A DNA stretch of 64,000 nucleotides, taken from a virus. Lineage: Duplodnaviria; Caudoviricetes. The notes below the pieces were generated by a model. It made no database searches and had not been told where the DNA came from. It saw only the letters and a list, made by a program, of their open reading frames with translations. Location of the stretch: IMG/VR virus record IMGVR_UViG_3300031813_000004, positions 64,001 through 128,000 of that record. One strand, 5' to 3'. Made by a program: the position numbers and the translations under genes. Positions 20,548 to 30,584 of the stretch are shown here, piece by piece (the first letter of the stretch is position 1; each line of letters opens with the position of its first letter).

Positions 20548-20979
20548 TTAGGAATTACTCAAGAAATTAAAATAATTAGCTTCATTCATAGGTATTCCCA
20601 AATTCCCAGTTGAACCTTGGTAACTAGCTGTTATATTTACACTAAAACCTTTTTTATTAGTCATGTATAATACAGATACATCTTGAATCGTGGCTCTATT
20701 TTCTTGAGATAATCTAAGTCTAACCTCATCTTTAATATCATTCATTGTATCATCATCGTATGGTTCCCAAATAAATTTATATAATTTAGAACCAAAATCA
20801 GGATTGTATGATACAGATCTTAAAGGAGTTATTAATATTGTATTCCATGAGGCTAAGATAACATTAATATCATAAATTCTTGTAAAATCACCGGAAGGAC
20901 TGATTATAGGTAAATAATCAGTTGTCCTTCCATGTGATCCTATTGAATTATTTATGAATTTAGTTAGAGCTGTAGCCAT
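20548..20979 (-). CDS. baseplate wedge / sheath initiator (gp25/gpW-like)
   Basis: ILITPLRSVSYNPDFGSKLYKFIWEPYD, E.R motif. Confidence 0.85.
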   Translation of the reverse strand: MATALTKFINNSIGSHGRTTDYLPIISPSGDFTRIYDINVILASWNTILITPLRSVSYNPDFGSKLYKFIWEPYDDDTMNDIKDEVRLRLSQENRATIQDVSVLYMTNKKGFSVNITASYQGSTGNLGIPMNEANYFNFLSNS

Positions 20980-20982
20980 TAT

Positions 20983-21174
20983 TTACCCCTTCATTTTATC
21001 ATCCATAATACGCTGCTTATCTTTTTCTAAACTAGACTTCCATTTAATAAGTCTATAAAATCTTTCTACTGGCATACTCATAATTTCTAAATAACTTGAA
21101 CCAGTTAATTCTTTACAAGTAAAAATATTTTCTTCTAAATCTTTTTTATATTGATCTATTTTATCATCCTGCAT
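20983..21174 (-). CDS. tail/baseplate assembly chaperone C-terminal module (gp51/GT-like)
   Basis: SYLEIMSMPVERFYRLIKW; overlaps upstream chaperone, no obvious RBS. Confidence 0.6.
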   Translation of the reverse strand: MQDDKIDQYKKDLEENIFTCKELTGSSYLEIMSMPVERFYRLIKWKSSLEKDKQRIMDDKMKG

Positions 21175-21958
21175 ATACCATACGAAAAAAGTTTTCCACT
21201 AAGTCCACATTAATCATTTCATCATGACCGCAATGTTTGCAAGAAGACCTCATCCTCAAGTTAACACAATATTTTCCAAAATATTCCGAATATTGTTTAT
21301 TAATTTCTTTCCTATCTTTAGCAGGAAGACTTCTATATGCGTCAATAATATCATTTCGGTCATCATATATAATAGATTCAGATTTGGCATTTGTTTCCTG
21401 TTCAAATCTATCAATGATTAAAGTTGAAGTTAATAAATCTATATTAGCTGAAGCCATAGCTGAATAATTTTTCAATGCTGAAACTTCATCAAATAATGTA
21501 GGTTGTTTAATATAAGCAAAAACACCTTTTGACCAAGGTAAAGCAACTTTAACTCTTTTTTCAATTATATTATCTTCACTAGGATAAACTTCATAACTAA
21601 ACATTTCTGAAGCTTTAACTGTGATTTGATATTCTTTTTTACAAGACTCACAGTTAACTTCATAATTTCTAATATCTTCATATGTTATATGATACAATCC
21701 ATATAACAAAGCTTCTCTATCTTTAATTGTAACTTTTTCTAAAAAGGATTTAAAATCAGTAATATCTTCTGGTTTTTTAATTGTTAATTCATAAATACAT
21801 TGATTCAAATGTTCTGTCACTTTTAGGGGAGTTAACATACTCCCTTTCATAGCTTCTTCTTCACTTACATTTAAAGAACGTAAAGTGAAAGACCTCTTGG
21901 TTTGAGGAGTGATTACTTCGTATTCTGGATACTTGAGATTGAATCCTTTGAATGGCAT
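21164..21958 (-). CDS. baseplate hub assembly protein / tail chaperone (T4 gp26-like)
   Basis: YPEYEVITP...LRSLNVSEE, two CxxC pairs, ends ENFF. Confidence 0.8.
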   Translation of the reverse strand: MPFKGFNLKYPEYEVITPQTKRSFTLRSLNVSEEEAMKGSMLTPLKVTEHLNQCIYELTIKKPEDITDFKSFLEKVTIKDREALLYGLYHITYEDIRNYEVNCESCKKEYQITVKASEMFSYEVYPSEDNIIEKRVKVALPWSKGVFAYIKQPTLFDEVSALKNYSAMASANIDLLTSTLIIDRFEQETNAKSESIIYDDRNDIIDAYRSLPAKDRKEINKQYSEYFGKYCVNLRMRSSCKHCGHDEMINVDLVENFFRMVYAG

Positions 21959-21984
21959 TTTTATTTCCTTTCTCTTTTCGAGGG

Positions 21985-22662
21985 TTACCTGCTAGAATTC
22001 ATTGCTTTTTCTAATTTAAGTATTCTTTTTCTAATTTTTTCTTTACACGACACAGGATTATTTGTTTTATTACAATCATTATAATGACTTTTTAATTGAG
22101 TAATTTGTAATTTAGCAGCGTTAATTTTAAATTGTTTTAAACATTTTTCTCTTTCAATTCCAGTTTTACCTTTACAAGCTTTAGCAGCTTTTGAAAAATA
22201 ATTTTTATAAATTCTATATGCTGCATATAATGCTGCTGCAACTACAACACCAACGGCTATACCTTTTTCTACATTAGATATTTTATGTTTAACTTTTGCA
22301 TTAATAGGTGCATCAATTATTTTATGAGGTCTTGCTTTGGTTGGAGGATCAACATTCATTATATCTGGTCGTTTTACAGTATATGTAGCATCAACAGCGT
22401 TAGCTTTACTTTTTGAATAATTATTTTTTTGATATTTCTCACCGTTTGCTTCTATTAAATTTTCATATATCATAATTTGTTTATTAGATATATTTAAATT
22501 AGATTCAAAAAATAAAGATATAGTTTGTTTATAATCTAGATTTTTAATCCATTCTCTAAATTCTTTTCTTTCTTCTAATGTGGTAACTTCTTTAAAATTT
22601 TTATTGAATGATTCATCAATAAGGTATTGTTTACATACAATTTCTAAATCAAATTTTTCCAT
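21985..22662 (-). CDS. TM + Cys-hairpin paralog 4 (subfamily B N-domain)
   Basis: EERKEFREWIKNLDY; TM; CKGKTGIEREKC...CNKTNNPVSC. Confidence 0.75.
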   Translation of the reverse strand: MEKFDLEIVCKQYLIDESFNKNFKEVTTLEERKEFREWIKNLDYKQTISLFFESNLNISNKQIMIYENLIEANGEKYQKNNYSKSKANAVDATYTVKRPDIMNVDPPTKARPHKIIDAPINAKVKHKISNVEKGIAVGVVVAAALYAAYRIYKNYFSKAAKACKGKTGIEREKCLKQFKINAAKLQITQLKSHYNDCNKTNNPVSCKEKIRKRILKLEKAMNSSR

Positions 22663-22677
22663 TATTGATTCCTCATT

Positions 22678-23550
22678 CTATATTTTATTTTGTAATTTAT
22701 TAATTTTCTTAATAATATTCTGTTTACATTTATTAGGATCTTTGACTGAGTTACAGGAACTCATTCCTGATTTTAATTGACCTATTTGAGATTGTATAGC
22801 AGCCCTTTTAAAATTATACATGCATTGTTTCTTTTCTGGTCCTGAGAATTTAGAACAAGACCTAGCTGCTTTACTTAATTTATCTCTATATATTTTAGTA
22901 GCTGCTAATGCAATTAAAGATACAATAACAGCAGCACCTAATCCTTTTCCTAATGGAGTTCTAACAAATCTATTAACAGATGCAACTCCATTCATCGCAG
23001 CAGTTCTTCCTGCTTTTAATGAAGCCATTACTTTTCCTGGAGCTGCTTTAATTTGCCCAGGTATATCTTTAACAGTTTGTACATAACCTTTAGCTGGTCT
23101 CATCATATGAGCAGTTATAGCCATATTACCAACTTTAGCTGCTGCACCTAAAGCTTTACTTCCAGCACTTTCTTCATCATCTTCATAATCATTATATCTA
23201 CCACGTTCTACAATATAACTCATTGTAGAAGCTGAAGATGATAACCCAATTTCATTTAAGGATCCAACTTCAACAATACATTGTTTAATCTCTTTATCAA
23301 TATTTTTATCTAAATTAATAGATTCTTTTAATGATTTAAAAAGTTTTATTTGATTATCATGATTATATCTAGTTTCAGGAAATTTACCTTCCTGTAAAAT
23401 AGATATTATTTCATAATCTGAAGCCTCAATCATGATATATTTTTCAGCTAGAGATTTATCAGTTTTATTTAAATTAGATTCATTATGGATCATTTCATTA
23501 ATTGTTTGTCTAGCAAATAAAAGAAATAAAACTGAGTCTTTAATATTCAT
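22678..23550 (-). CDS. TM + Cys-hairpin paralog 3 (subfamily A)
   Basis: EASDYE N-domain; TM; CSKFSGPEKKQC...CNSVKDPNKC. Confidence 0.8.
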   Translation of the reverse strand: MNIKDSVLFLLFARQTINEMIHNESNLNKTDKSLAEKYIMIEASDYEIISILQEGKFPETRYNHDNQIKLFKSLKESINLDKNIDKEIKQCIVEVGSLNEIGLSSSASTMSYIVERGRYNDYEDDEESAGSKALGAAAKVGNMAITAHMMRPAKGYVQTVKDIPGQIKAAPGKVMASLKAGRTAAMNGVASVNRFVRTPLGKGLGAAVIVSLIALAATKIYRDKLSKAARSCSKFSGPEKKQCMYNFKRAAIQSQIGQLKSGMSSCNSVKDPNKCKQNIIKKINKLQNKI

Positions 23551-23554
23551 TATA

Positions 23555-24361
23555 TTACCTCATCTCACTGAGTTTATTTTCTAATTTAAGAATTTTAACT
23601 TTAATTACATTTTCACATTTTTGTTTATTTTCTTTACTAGAACAAGTAATCATACCTTGTCTTAAAGTTTGAATTTGTTTTTGAATCGCATTAATCTTAA
23701 ATTTTTTAATACAATTTATTTTTTCCGGACCTTTAAATTTGCCACATTGTTTTGATACTTCAGCAAAATTCTTTTCATAAACAACTATTGCTGCATATAT
23801 TACTAAAGCCGCAGTTAAAGCTGCACCTATTTTTTTTCCATTTGGTGTTTTAAGATATGACCCTAAATTAGATAAACCTTTTTGCGCATATAACTTACCT
23901 GTAGTATATAAATCTTTTCCTGCTGTAGATGCAGCTCCACCTACAATACCACCAGCAACCATAAGTCCATATTTCTTTTTATAATTTTCAGGTTTTTTAT
24001 CTTTCTTTTCATTTAAAAATATTTTTAATAAATCATTTGATGATTCTTTTAAAACATGTACTTCTTGTATAACACTTACTAATGTTTCTTTTCCTAAATA
24101 TTTATATAAGTTATCAAAGTCTTCTATAATTAATGATTTAAATGATTTTAAAAGTTCTACTTCCTTCAAGGAGTTATACTTTTCTATAGGATAATTTCCG
24201 GTTAAAGCCAGAGTTAGAAGTTCATAATCGGATGCCTCAGAAAGTATATAGTCGATGGACAATTTTTTAGCTTGGTCATTTAAATGACTCGTATTGAGAA
24301 ACTCTGAGAGTGTTCTCCTTAATGCTAAAAAGAATGTCAAAGAATTTTTAATATTTTTCAT
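23555..24361 (-). CDS. TM + Cys-hairpin paralog 2 (subfamily A)
   Basis: start re-assigned to MKNIKNS (AAGGAG upstream; aligns with paralogs); EASDYE; CGKFKGPEKINC...CSSKENKQKC. Confidence 0.8.
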   Translation of the reverse strand: MKNIKNSLTFFLALRRTLSEFLNTSHLNDQAKKLSIDYILSEASDYELLTLALTGNYPIEKYNSLKEVELLKSFKSLIIEDFDNLYKYLGKETLVSVIQEVHVLKESSNDLLKIFLNEKKDKKPENYKKKYGLMVAGGIVGGAASTAGKDLYTTGKLYAQKGLSNLGSYLKTPNGKKIGAALTAALVIYAAIVVYEKNFAEVSKQCGKFKGPEKINCIKKFKINAIQKQIQTLRQGMITCSSKENKQKCENVIKVKILKLENKLSEMR

Positions 24362-24395
24362 CGAAAAGTATAACTCCTTGAATCTGTATAATTTA

Positions 24396-25418
24396 TTAAA
24401 TTTTAGCTTGAAGCTTAGAAATCTTAGCTTGAATAGAAGCTTTGCATTTAGCAGGATCCTTGGTAGAAGCACAACCAGAGAACCCAGCCCTTAACTGAGC
24501 AATCTGAGCCTGGATTGCAGCCTTCTTAAACTTGTTAAGGCAGTCTTGTCTTTCTGGACCAGTCTTACCTTTGCAAGCTTTTGCACCTGCACTGAATTTT
24601 GCTTTATAAACTTTATAAGCTGCATATGCAACAAGCGAAGCTAAAAGAGCGCCACCAATATAACGACCTTTTTTAGAATTAGCGAATGCAACAACTGCAG
24701 ATGCACCATTCTGAGCAGCAGCTTTACCACTAGCAACAGTGTTACCTGCTTTCATTCTTAATTTTTCACCACTAACAGTTGCAGAAGAAACATTATGTGC
24801 AGTTTCTGGATTTCTAGTACTAGCAGTTCCAAAAACACCTTTACCAAAATCTTTAGCTTTACCAGGTGCACTTCTAACAGCAGATGCTGCAGATTTAGCT
24901 TTACCAGGAATACTTCTAATAGCACCACCAACATGAGCAGGTGCATTCTTAACTGCTTTACCAGCATAACCAGCTCTAGCTTTCATTCTATTACCAAAGT
25001 TAGCAGCAGTGTGCCCTTTTAATTTTCCAGCTGGAACTAAGTCATACGGAAGTTCTAACAGGAAATTAGCAATAGGAGCTGCCGAAGAAAGACCATATTC
25101 ACTAAGAGCAGTAATATCACTAACAAAGTCAGTGGTAACATCTTCAGAAAGATATTGGCTGAAAGTGTCAAAGTTTTCAATAATGCAAGTTCTAACATCT
25201 TCAAAAAGAGCAGCTTCTTTTTCACTATTGTACTTCTCATCAGGAAGTTCACCTTCAACAGCAAGACTCATAACTTCATAATCTGAAGCCTCATTCATAA
25301 TGAAGTTTTTGTTTTGGATTTTTTCAATCTTAGTAGACTCTTCATTCAGGTCAACGAATTCACACATAGTCTTTCTAAGTGTGGTTAAGAAAATTAAAGA
25401 ATCAGATACATTACTCAT
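24396..25418 (-). CDS. TM + Cys-hairpin paralog 1 (subfamily A)
   Basis: AGGAGG RBS; EASDYE; long Ala/Gly/Lys linker; CKGKTGPERQDC...CASTKDPAKC. Confidence 0.8.
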   Translation of the reverse strand: MSNVSDSLIFLTTLRKTMCEFVDLNEESTKIEKIQNKNFIMNEASDYEVMSLAVEGELPDEKYNSEKEAALFEDVRTCIIENFDTFSQYLSEDVTTDFVSDITALSEYGLSSAAPIANFLLELPYDLVPAGKLKGHTAANFGNRMKARAGYAGKAVKNAPAHVGGAIRSIPGKAKSAASAVRSAPGKAKDFGKGVFGTASTRNPETAHNVSSATVSGEKLRMKAGNTVASGKAAAQNGASAVVAFANSKKGRYIGGALLASLVAYAAYKVYKAKFSAGAKACKGKTGPERQDCLNKFKKAAIQAQIAQLRAGFSGCASTKDPAKCKASIQAKISKLQAKI

Positions 25419-25477
25419 ATTGTTATTCCTCCTAGGTTTATTTGCTTCACTCCATTTATGTATGTGAAGGTTTAATG

Positions 25478-26200
25478 TTATTTTGGTTCTTGATAATTTT
25501 GAACAGTATTCTTAGCAGCAGCAAACAGTGAAGCATAATTTTGGCAATTTGCTAACACCCAAGGTTCATGCCAAATATAGTCAACATTGAATTCAATTTC
25601 AACATCTAATTTTGCAACAGATTCAACATCTCCATGATATAAATCTTGTGGATCTTTAGTCGGGAAAACACCATCATAACATGCAAAATATTCTACTCTT
25701 TGTGCATCAGGAGCAGTAGTCCAGTAATATAAAGTACCTGCATAATCTTTCTTAGTGTATCCACCACCATCTGTAGTAGCAGCTAAATTAGTAGTACCGG
25801 TTCTGTAGTCACGAATCATTTTAACCCAACCATGCATAATATCAAGGATAGGTTCACTCCAGAATTCAATGAATTTTAATGATACAGAGTTCTGGTAATC
25901 AATGTTACCAGGTACTGCCCATTTAACTCCACCAAGCCCAGTATATTCAACTTTCTGTAAAGTACCACCGGGAGGAGTTACAGAAGTACATGTTGCAGCT
26001 AATACATTTTGAATGTCTGCTGTAGATGAAAGACCACTATTTCCCAATTTACTGTAATTTACTATCTGTGGGGGTAGATAAGAAAACCAGCAAAAGTGAT
26101 ACCCAGAGAGGTATGGTTCCGCAGTTCCTACATTAGTTCCACCGAATTTTCTTGTTAATATATTTTCTTGTAATGCTGCAAACGAAGTCTTCATACCCAT
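25478..26200 (-). CDS. tail tube protein (T4 gp19-like)
   Basis: V.PPG.TL..VEY..G....VPG.IDY..VSLKF.E...W..MI.D..TG...KDY...YDGVFPT...EIEFNVD. Confidence 0.8.
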   Translation of the reverse strand: MGMKTSFAALQENILTRKFGGTNVGTAEPYLSGYHFCWFSYLPPQIVNYSKLGNSGLSSTADIQNVLAATCTSVTPPGGTLQKVEYTGLGGVKWAVPGNIDYQNSVSLKFIEFWSEPILDIMHGWVKMIRDYRTGTTNLAATTDGGGYTKKDYAGTLYYWTTAPDAQRVEYFACYDGVFPTKDPQDLYHGDVESVAKLDVEIEFNVDYIWHEPWVLANCQNYASLFAAAKNTVQNYQEPK

Positions 26201-26201
26201 C

Positions 26202-27731
26202 TTATTTATCCTCCAATAACTTATTTATCATACTAAATTTAATACTTCCACAATCCCATATAATAAAGTATCCTTCTTGTCTTCTAATAATATGTTCGGG
26301 TATTTCTTTAGGATCTAGTTCTGTTTTTCGTAATGAAAATCTATGTATTCTTTTATATCCTTTATTATACCAATAATTAATAGAAGTATTATGTTTAAAT
26401 TCAAAACCTAATTTATAATATAAATCACCATCAGACCATCTTCTGTCAGCATAACTAAATATTTCAGACCAAATATAATTTTTTTTAAAATAACTAAGAA
26501 ATTTACTAGCTATACCAGGAATTTGATAATTAGAATTAGAACAAAATCTATTTAATTCCCATATATCATCTTTATGTTTAGATCCTTTAGAAATATTACC
26601 ATGACCAAAAGTCATAACTGAAATCAATTCTTCATTATAAAAAGCTCCTAATTTAATAACAGAGCTATCTTTACCTTGAATATGAAATTTATCCAAAAAT
26701 TCATTTTTAATTGTTGGAGAAATTTCTTTAATAATACATTTTCTTGCATAAATTTTTAATTGATTATTCGATTTAAATATTTGTCTTAATCTACTTTTAA
26801 CAATATCTTTTTTAAATAACCATTCATCTTCAAATATATGTATTAATCTAATATTTTGATCATTACAACTAATAGTTTTATCTAAATGATAATGAGGATT
26901 TTTAGATGGATCTGAATCAGTTTCATCCGAGTGTCTATAAAAACCATCAAATTCTATAGCTATATTTTTATCTGGGATATAAATATCAATTTCTCTAGGA
27001 GATATAATTTTTCTGTTTCTCCTAATAATATTTGATATACCCAATTCAGTTAAAAATTCAACAATTTCATCTTCAGGTTTGGATTGAGTATTACTAGGAA
27101 AACAAATTGGACATTTTTTCCATTGTTGAACATAATTCCAAATTGATTTAAATTCATTATTACAAATTAAACATCTAAAAGTAGCTTCTTCAGTTGCATC
27201 TTTATATTCAGAAATCATTTCTAAATTTTTATTTTTTAATATATCAAATACAACATTATTTATATGATTTTTTTGCCTAGTATCATGTCTTTTTTTTATA
27301 GCACTTTCAGTTTGCCCAGGATTATAAACACCATTTTTTTCAAAGCATTTATCTCTAGATTTTTGTTTGATTTTATCTGTTGCATTAGCATTTTCATTAC
27401 CATGTCTTTCTAAATTAGTTTTAGCTCTTTTTTGTTTAACTAAATTCTCATCACATTTAGATCTAGTTTCTTTAAACTTAACAATTCTTTCTTCACTACC
27501 TTGTGAACATTTTGCTCCACAATGTTTTTGATAACCTAAATAAACACCAAGAAAAGGTGTTGGTTCATTGCATAAAGGGCATATCTCTTCATCAGGTTTC
27601 TTTAAATATTTATCATAATAATCTTTAGCACTTATTTTATGAGCTAAAGTAACATGACAAAAACCTTTAGTTGACTTTATTTCTTTACCACAAATTTCAC
27701 ATTTAATATTCAATTCGTTAGACCCGTTCAT
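26202..27731 (-). mobile_element. free-standing Hef-like / Vsr-DUF559 homing endonuclease with C-terminal GNAT-like domain
   Basis: multiple Zn fingers, SKPEDEI...EIDIYIPDKNIAIEFDGFYRH, IHIFEDEW, IYARKC, SYADRRWS.G.LY. Confidence 0.75.
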
Positions 27732-27761
27732 TTAAATATCCTTTTTATAAAAATAAACCTC

Positions 27762-27777
27762 ATTTTAATTTTGTTCT
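27762..27777 (-). promoter_or_regulatory. putative late promoter motif
   Basis: rc AGAACAAAATTAAAAT heading the 13-kb minus-strand structural block. Confidence 0.55.
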
Positions 27778-27803
27778 TAATTATCTTAAAGATGACTAAG
27801 AAT

Positions 27804-27838
27804 TTAAGGATTCATTCCCTTGCTATATATATTAATTA
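27804..27838 (+). promoter_or_regulatory. bipartite early-type promoter, copy B
   Basis: TTAAGGATTC-ATTCCCTTG-CTATATATATTAATTA. Confidence 0.7.
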
Positions 27839-27880
27839 ATAAGATATTAATTCAATTAAATTTTATAAGGGGGATTTAAT

Positions 27881-28159
27881 ATGAAACATATGTTGAAAAA
27901 TATCACAGGAGAGAAAAAAGAAATGATTGATAACATTATCAAGAAAAATAACAACCCTCATATCATTAATGAATATGTAAAATTTAACAAATTTAATGAT
28001 GAAATGGTAGTTACGATAGATGGTTGTTTTAATAGTACTGACCTTCGTTGTATTGCAGATATAATGGATGTACTCAATAAAGAAAATACAAAGGAGATAA
28101 GCAATGAAAAGACTACTTTTAATAGCATACGTAATCTTAACAGCATTAATCTTTTATAG
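27881..28159 (+). CDS. hypothetical protein
   Basis: first ORF after promoter B, AAGGGGG RBS. Confidence 0.5.
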   Translation: MKHMLKNITGEKKEMIDNIIKKNNNPHIINEYVKFNKFNDEMVVTIDGCFNSTDLRCIADIMDVLNKENTKEISNEKTTFNSIRNLNSINLL

Positions 28160-28334
28160 TGCTAAACTTGTAATCGAACCTTTAGCAGTAACCCACGACA
28201 TTTATGAAACTCTTAACATTCAAATGTGGGTGACTCTAATAATCATATTCTCAATCGTAACAATCTGGAATCGTTTGGGGGTATTAATAAATGATCAAAA
28301 ATGTCAAAAACATAATAGTTATAGAGATTACTAA
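28104..28334 (+). CDS. small two-TM membrane protein
   Basis: two hydrophobic segments, AGGAG RBS. Confidence 0.6.
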   Translation: MKRLLLIAYVILTALIFYSAKLVIEPLAVTHDIYETLNIQMWVTLIIIFSIVTIWNRLGVLINDQKCQKHNSYRDY

Positions 28335-28425
28335 AAAATTAAAAACAATTGCCATTACTTGATGAAATAAAAATACCAATTTTAATTACAATGGAAGAAT
28401 GGTTGAATCAGGGTGGGGAATAAAT

Positions 28426-28455
28426 AAAAATTGAGGCTTATATAGCTCAATTTTT
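28426..28455 (+). other. conserved hairpin, copy 1
   Basis: aaaaattgag-gcttatatag-ctcaattttt; near-identical copy at 58181. Confidence 0.55.
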
Positions 28456-28481
28456 TTAAACTTAATAGATAAAGGATAATT

Positions 28482-29198
28482 ATGAAAGAACAAAATACTC
28501 TAACTGACCAATTTAGAATTGTATGGGAAGATCTGTTAAATGAAATGGAACAAGAAAAAATTTTTGATGGAGATTTTTTTAATCGAGCCGCTGCCTGGGA
28601 AATGTATAATATGTTAGTAATGTTTTACAATGGTCCTAAAAGATATTATCATACATTAAAACATATATTAGATATGATTAAAAATTATTATCAATATTAT
28701 AAATCTAATTCAGTATATAATCATAGTATTATAATTTTTTCAATTATTTTTCATGATGCTATTTATACTGAACATATAAATTCAGAACAGGCAAGTGCTT
28801 TATTATTATTTCAGTGTTGTGATATATTAGGATTAGCAAAAAGTTTCAAAGAACTAGTATTTAGAATTATATTAAATACCAAACATTCTGGATATAATAA
28901 ATTAAAACAAGATTTAGATAGAAGAATTGTAGATTTAGATTTAATGGTATTAGCATCAGATAAAGATGAGTATAATGAATATTGTAAATTAATTAAAATG
29001 GAATATATTCATTTAGGCGAATACATGTATTTAAAAGGTAGAAAAAAATTTTTAGAAAAAATGTTAAATAGAGAAAGAATATTTTATAATGATATGTTTA
29101 CTAATTTAGAAATAAAAGCTAAAAATAATATGAATGAAGAATTAAAATTAATAATTGGAGAATTTGTAGATTATTCATTAAAAAATGCATTAAAATAA
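28482..29198 (+). CDS. HD-superfamily phosphohydrolase (COG4339-like)
   Basis: RYYHTLKHI, FHDAIY, SEQASA, TKH, DLDL, GRKKFL. Confidence 0.8.
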   Translation: MKEQNTLTDQFRIVWEDLLNEMEQEKIFDGDFFNRAAAWEMYNMLVMFYNGPKRYYHTLKHILDMIKNYYQYYKSNSVYNHSIIIFSIIFHDAIYTEHINSEQASALLLFQCCDILGLAKSFKELVFRIILNTKHSGYNKLKQDLDRRIVDLDLMVLASDKDEYNEYCKLIKMEYIHLGEYMYLKGRKKFLEKMLNRERIFYNDMFTNLEIKAKNNMNEELKLIIGEFVDYSLKNALK

Positions 29199-29210
29199 GG
29201 AGGTTAGATT

Positions 29211-30584
29211 TTGGATGCAATAGAAATTATTAAAACTTTACAAGAACAAGGGTATGAAGCATATTTAGTTGGTGGATGTGTTAGAGATATGTTATTAGGA
29301 ATTCCTGAAAAAGATAAAGATGTGGTTACATCAGCAACTCCAGATCAAATTATGGAATTGTTTAAAAGAGATGAAAAAAATAAAGTTAAGGAATGTGGAG
29401 AAAATTTTGCAGTTATTTTAGTTAATAAAATTGAAGTTGCATCATATAGAACTGATGTATATACAGGATTTAATGATAAAAGTGTAAAAGTAACATTAGC
29501 TAAAACTTTGGTTGAAGATGTTTATCGTAGAGATTTAAGTGTGAACGGAATTGCATTCAATCCAATTAATAATAAACTTATAGATTATTGTAATGGCCAA
29601 GAAGATTTAAAAAATAAATTGATAAGATTTATAGGAGATCCAAAACATAGAATATTTGAAGACCCAAATAGAATTATTAGAGCTTGTAGATTTAAAGCTA
29701 AAATTGATGGAATATTTGATGATCTTACATTAGAACATTTAAAGTTAATGACTCCCATAGCTTTTCCTCATATTAAAAAAGAAAGAATTAGATTAGAAAT
29801 ATTAAAAGCAATGGAAATAGAAAAAGCATCAATATTTTTTGAAGCATTACATGAAATTGGCATGTTAAAATATATTTTTCCAACATTAGATTTATGTTAT
29901 GGTCATGCTCATGGCCCACATCATAATGAAGATATTTTTACTCATATGATGTTAAGTGGAGATTCTGCATCTACTAAATATCCTTTAATTAAATTAGCAG
30001 CTTATTTACATGATATTGGAAAACCATTAACATGTAAAATTAATCCTAAAACTAATGACTTTTTCTTTTTAGACCACGCTCATGTTGGGGCTAAAATATT
30101 ACAAACAGAATTATTAAATTTAAGATTTAGTAAAGAAGAAATAAATTTAATAACTGGTGTAACTGATTTACATATGAGAATAATACCTGCTGAAAAAATA
30201 ACACCAAAATGTGTTAGAAGAATATTATCAATTTTAAATGAAAGAAATATTCAATATAAAGATTTATTAAGATTAAGTTTTTATGATGGAATGGGAAGAA
30301 TCAGATATGATGTTAATAAAAAAGTAACATTTGAATATTATAAAAAAAGAAGTAAAATGTTTTATTATGAAACACATAGACCAAATCCTGTTCATTACCT
30401 TAGTAATTTAGCTTTAAAAGGGAATGATATAATTGAAATATTAAATATCAAACCTGGAGTAATTGTTGGAGAAATCCTCAATTATTTATATGAAGAAGTT
30501 TTAGATAATCCTGATTTAAATAATAAAGAAGAATTAACTAAATTAGTAATAGAATATTGTGGGGATAAAGATAATGAGTTATGA
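29211..30584 (+). CDS. cca: CCA tRNA nucleotidyltransferase with HD domain
   Basis: VGGCVRD..LG...KDKD, RRDLSVN, EDPNRIIRACRF, ERI, YLHDIGK. Confidence 0.9.
   Translation: MDAIEIIKTLQEQGYEAYLVGGCVRDMLLGIPEKDKDVVTSATPDQIMELFKRDEKNKVKECGENFAVILVNKIEVASYRTDVYTGFNDKSVKVTLAKTLVEDVYRRDLSVNGIAFNPINNKLIDYCNGQEDLKNKLIRFIGDPKHRIFEDPNRIIRACRFKAKIDGIFDDLTLEHLKLMTPIAFPHIKKERIRLEILKAMEIEKASIFFEALHEIGMLKYIFPTLDLCYGHAHGPHHNEDIFTHMMLSGDSASTKYPLIKLAAYLHDIGKPLTCKINPKTNDFFFLDHAHVGAKILQTELLNLRFSKEEINLITGVTDLHMRIIPAEKITPKCVRRILSILNERNIQYKDLLRLSFYDGMGRIRYDVNKKVTFEYYKKRSKMFYYETHRPNPVHYLSNLALKGNDIIEILNIKPGVIVGEILNYLYEEVLDNPDLNNKEELTKLVIEYCGDKDNEL

Noticed and set aside
23555-24472. Track start at 24472 for paralog 2
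   Set aside because: Overlaps the upstream gene; paralog alignment and RBS indicate ATG 24361
18670-25418. Holin/spanin assignment for the TM paralogs
   Set aside because: No lipobox, TM is internal after a large N-domain, six copies, and no adjacent endolysin
26202-27731. Group I intron or intein in the tail tube gene
   Set aside because: Tube ORF appears complete with its own start and RBS; no upstream exon or intein termini
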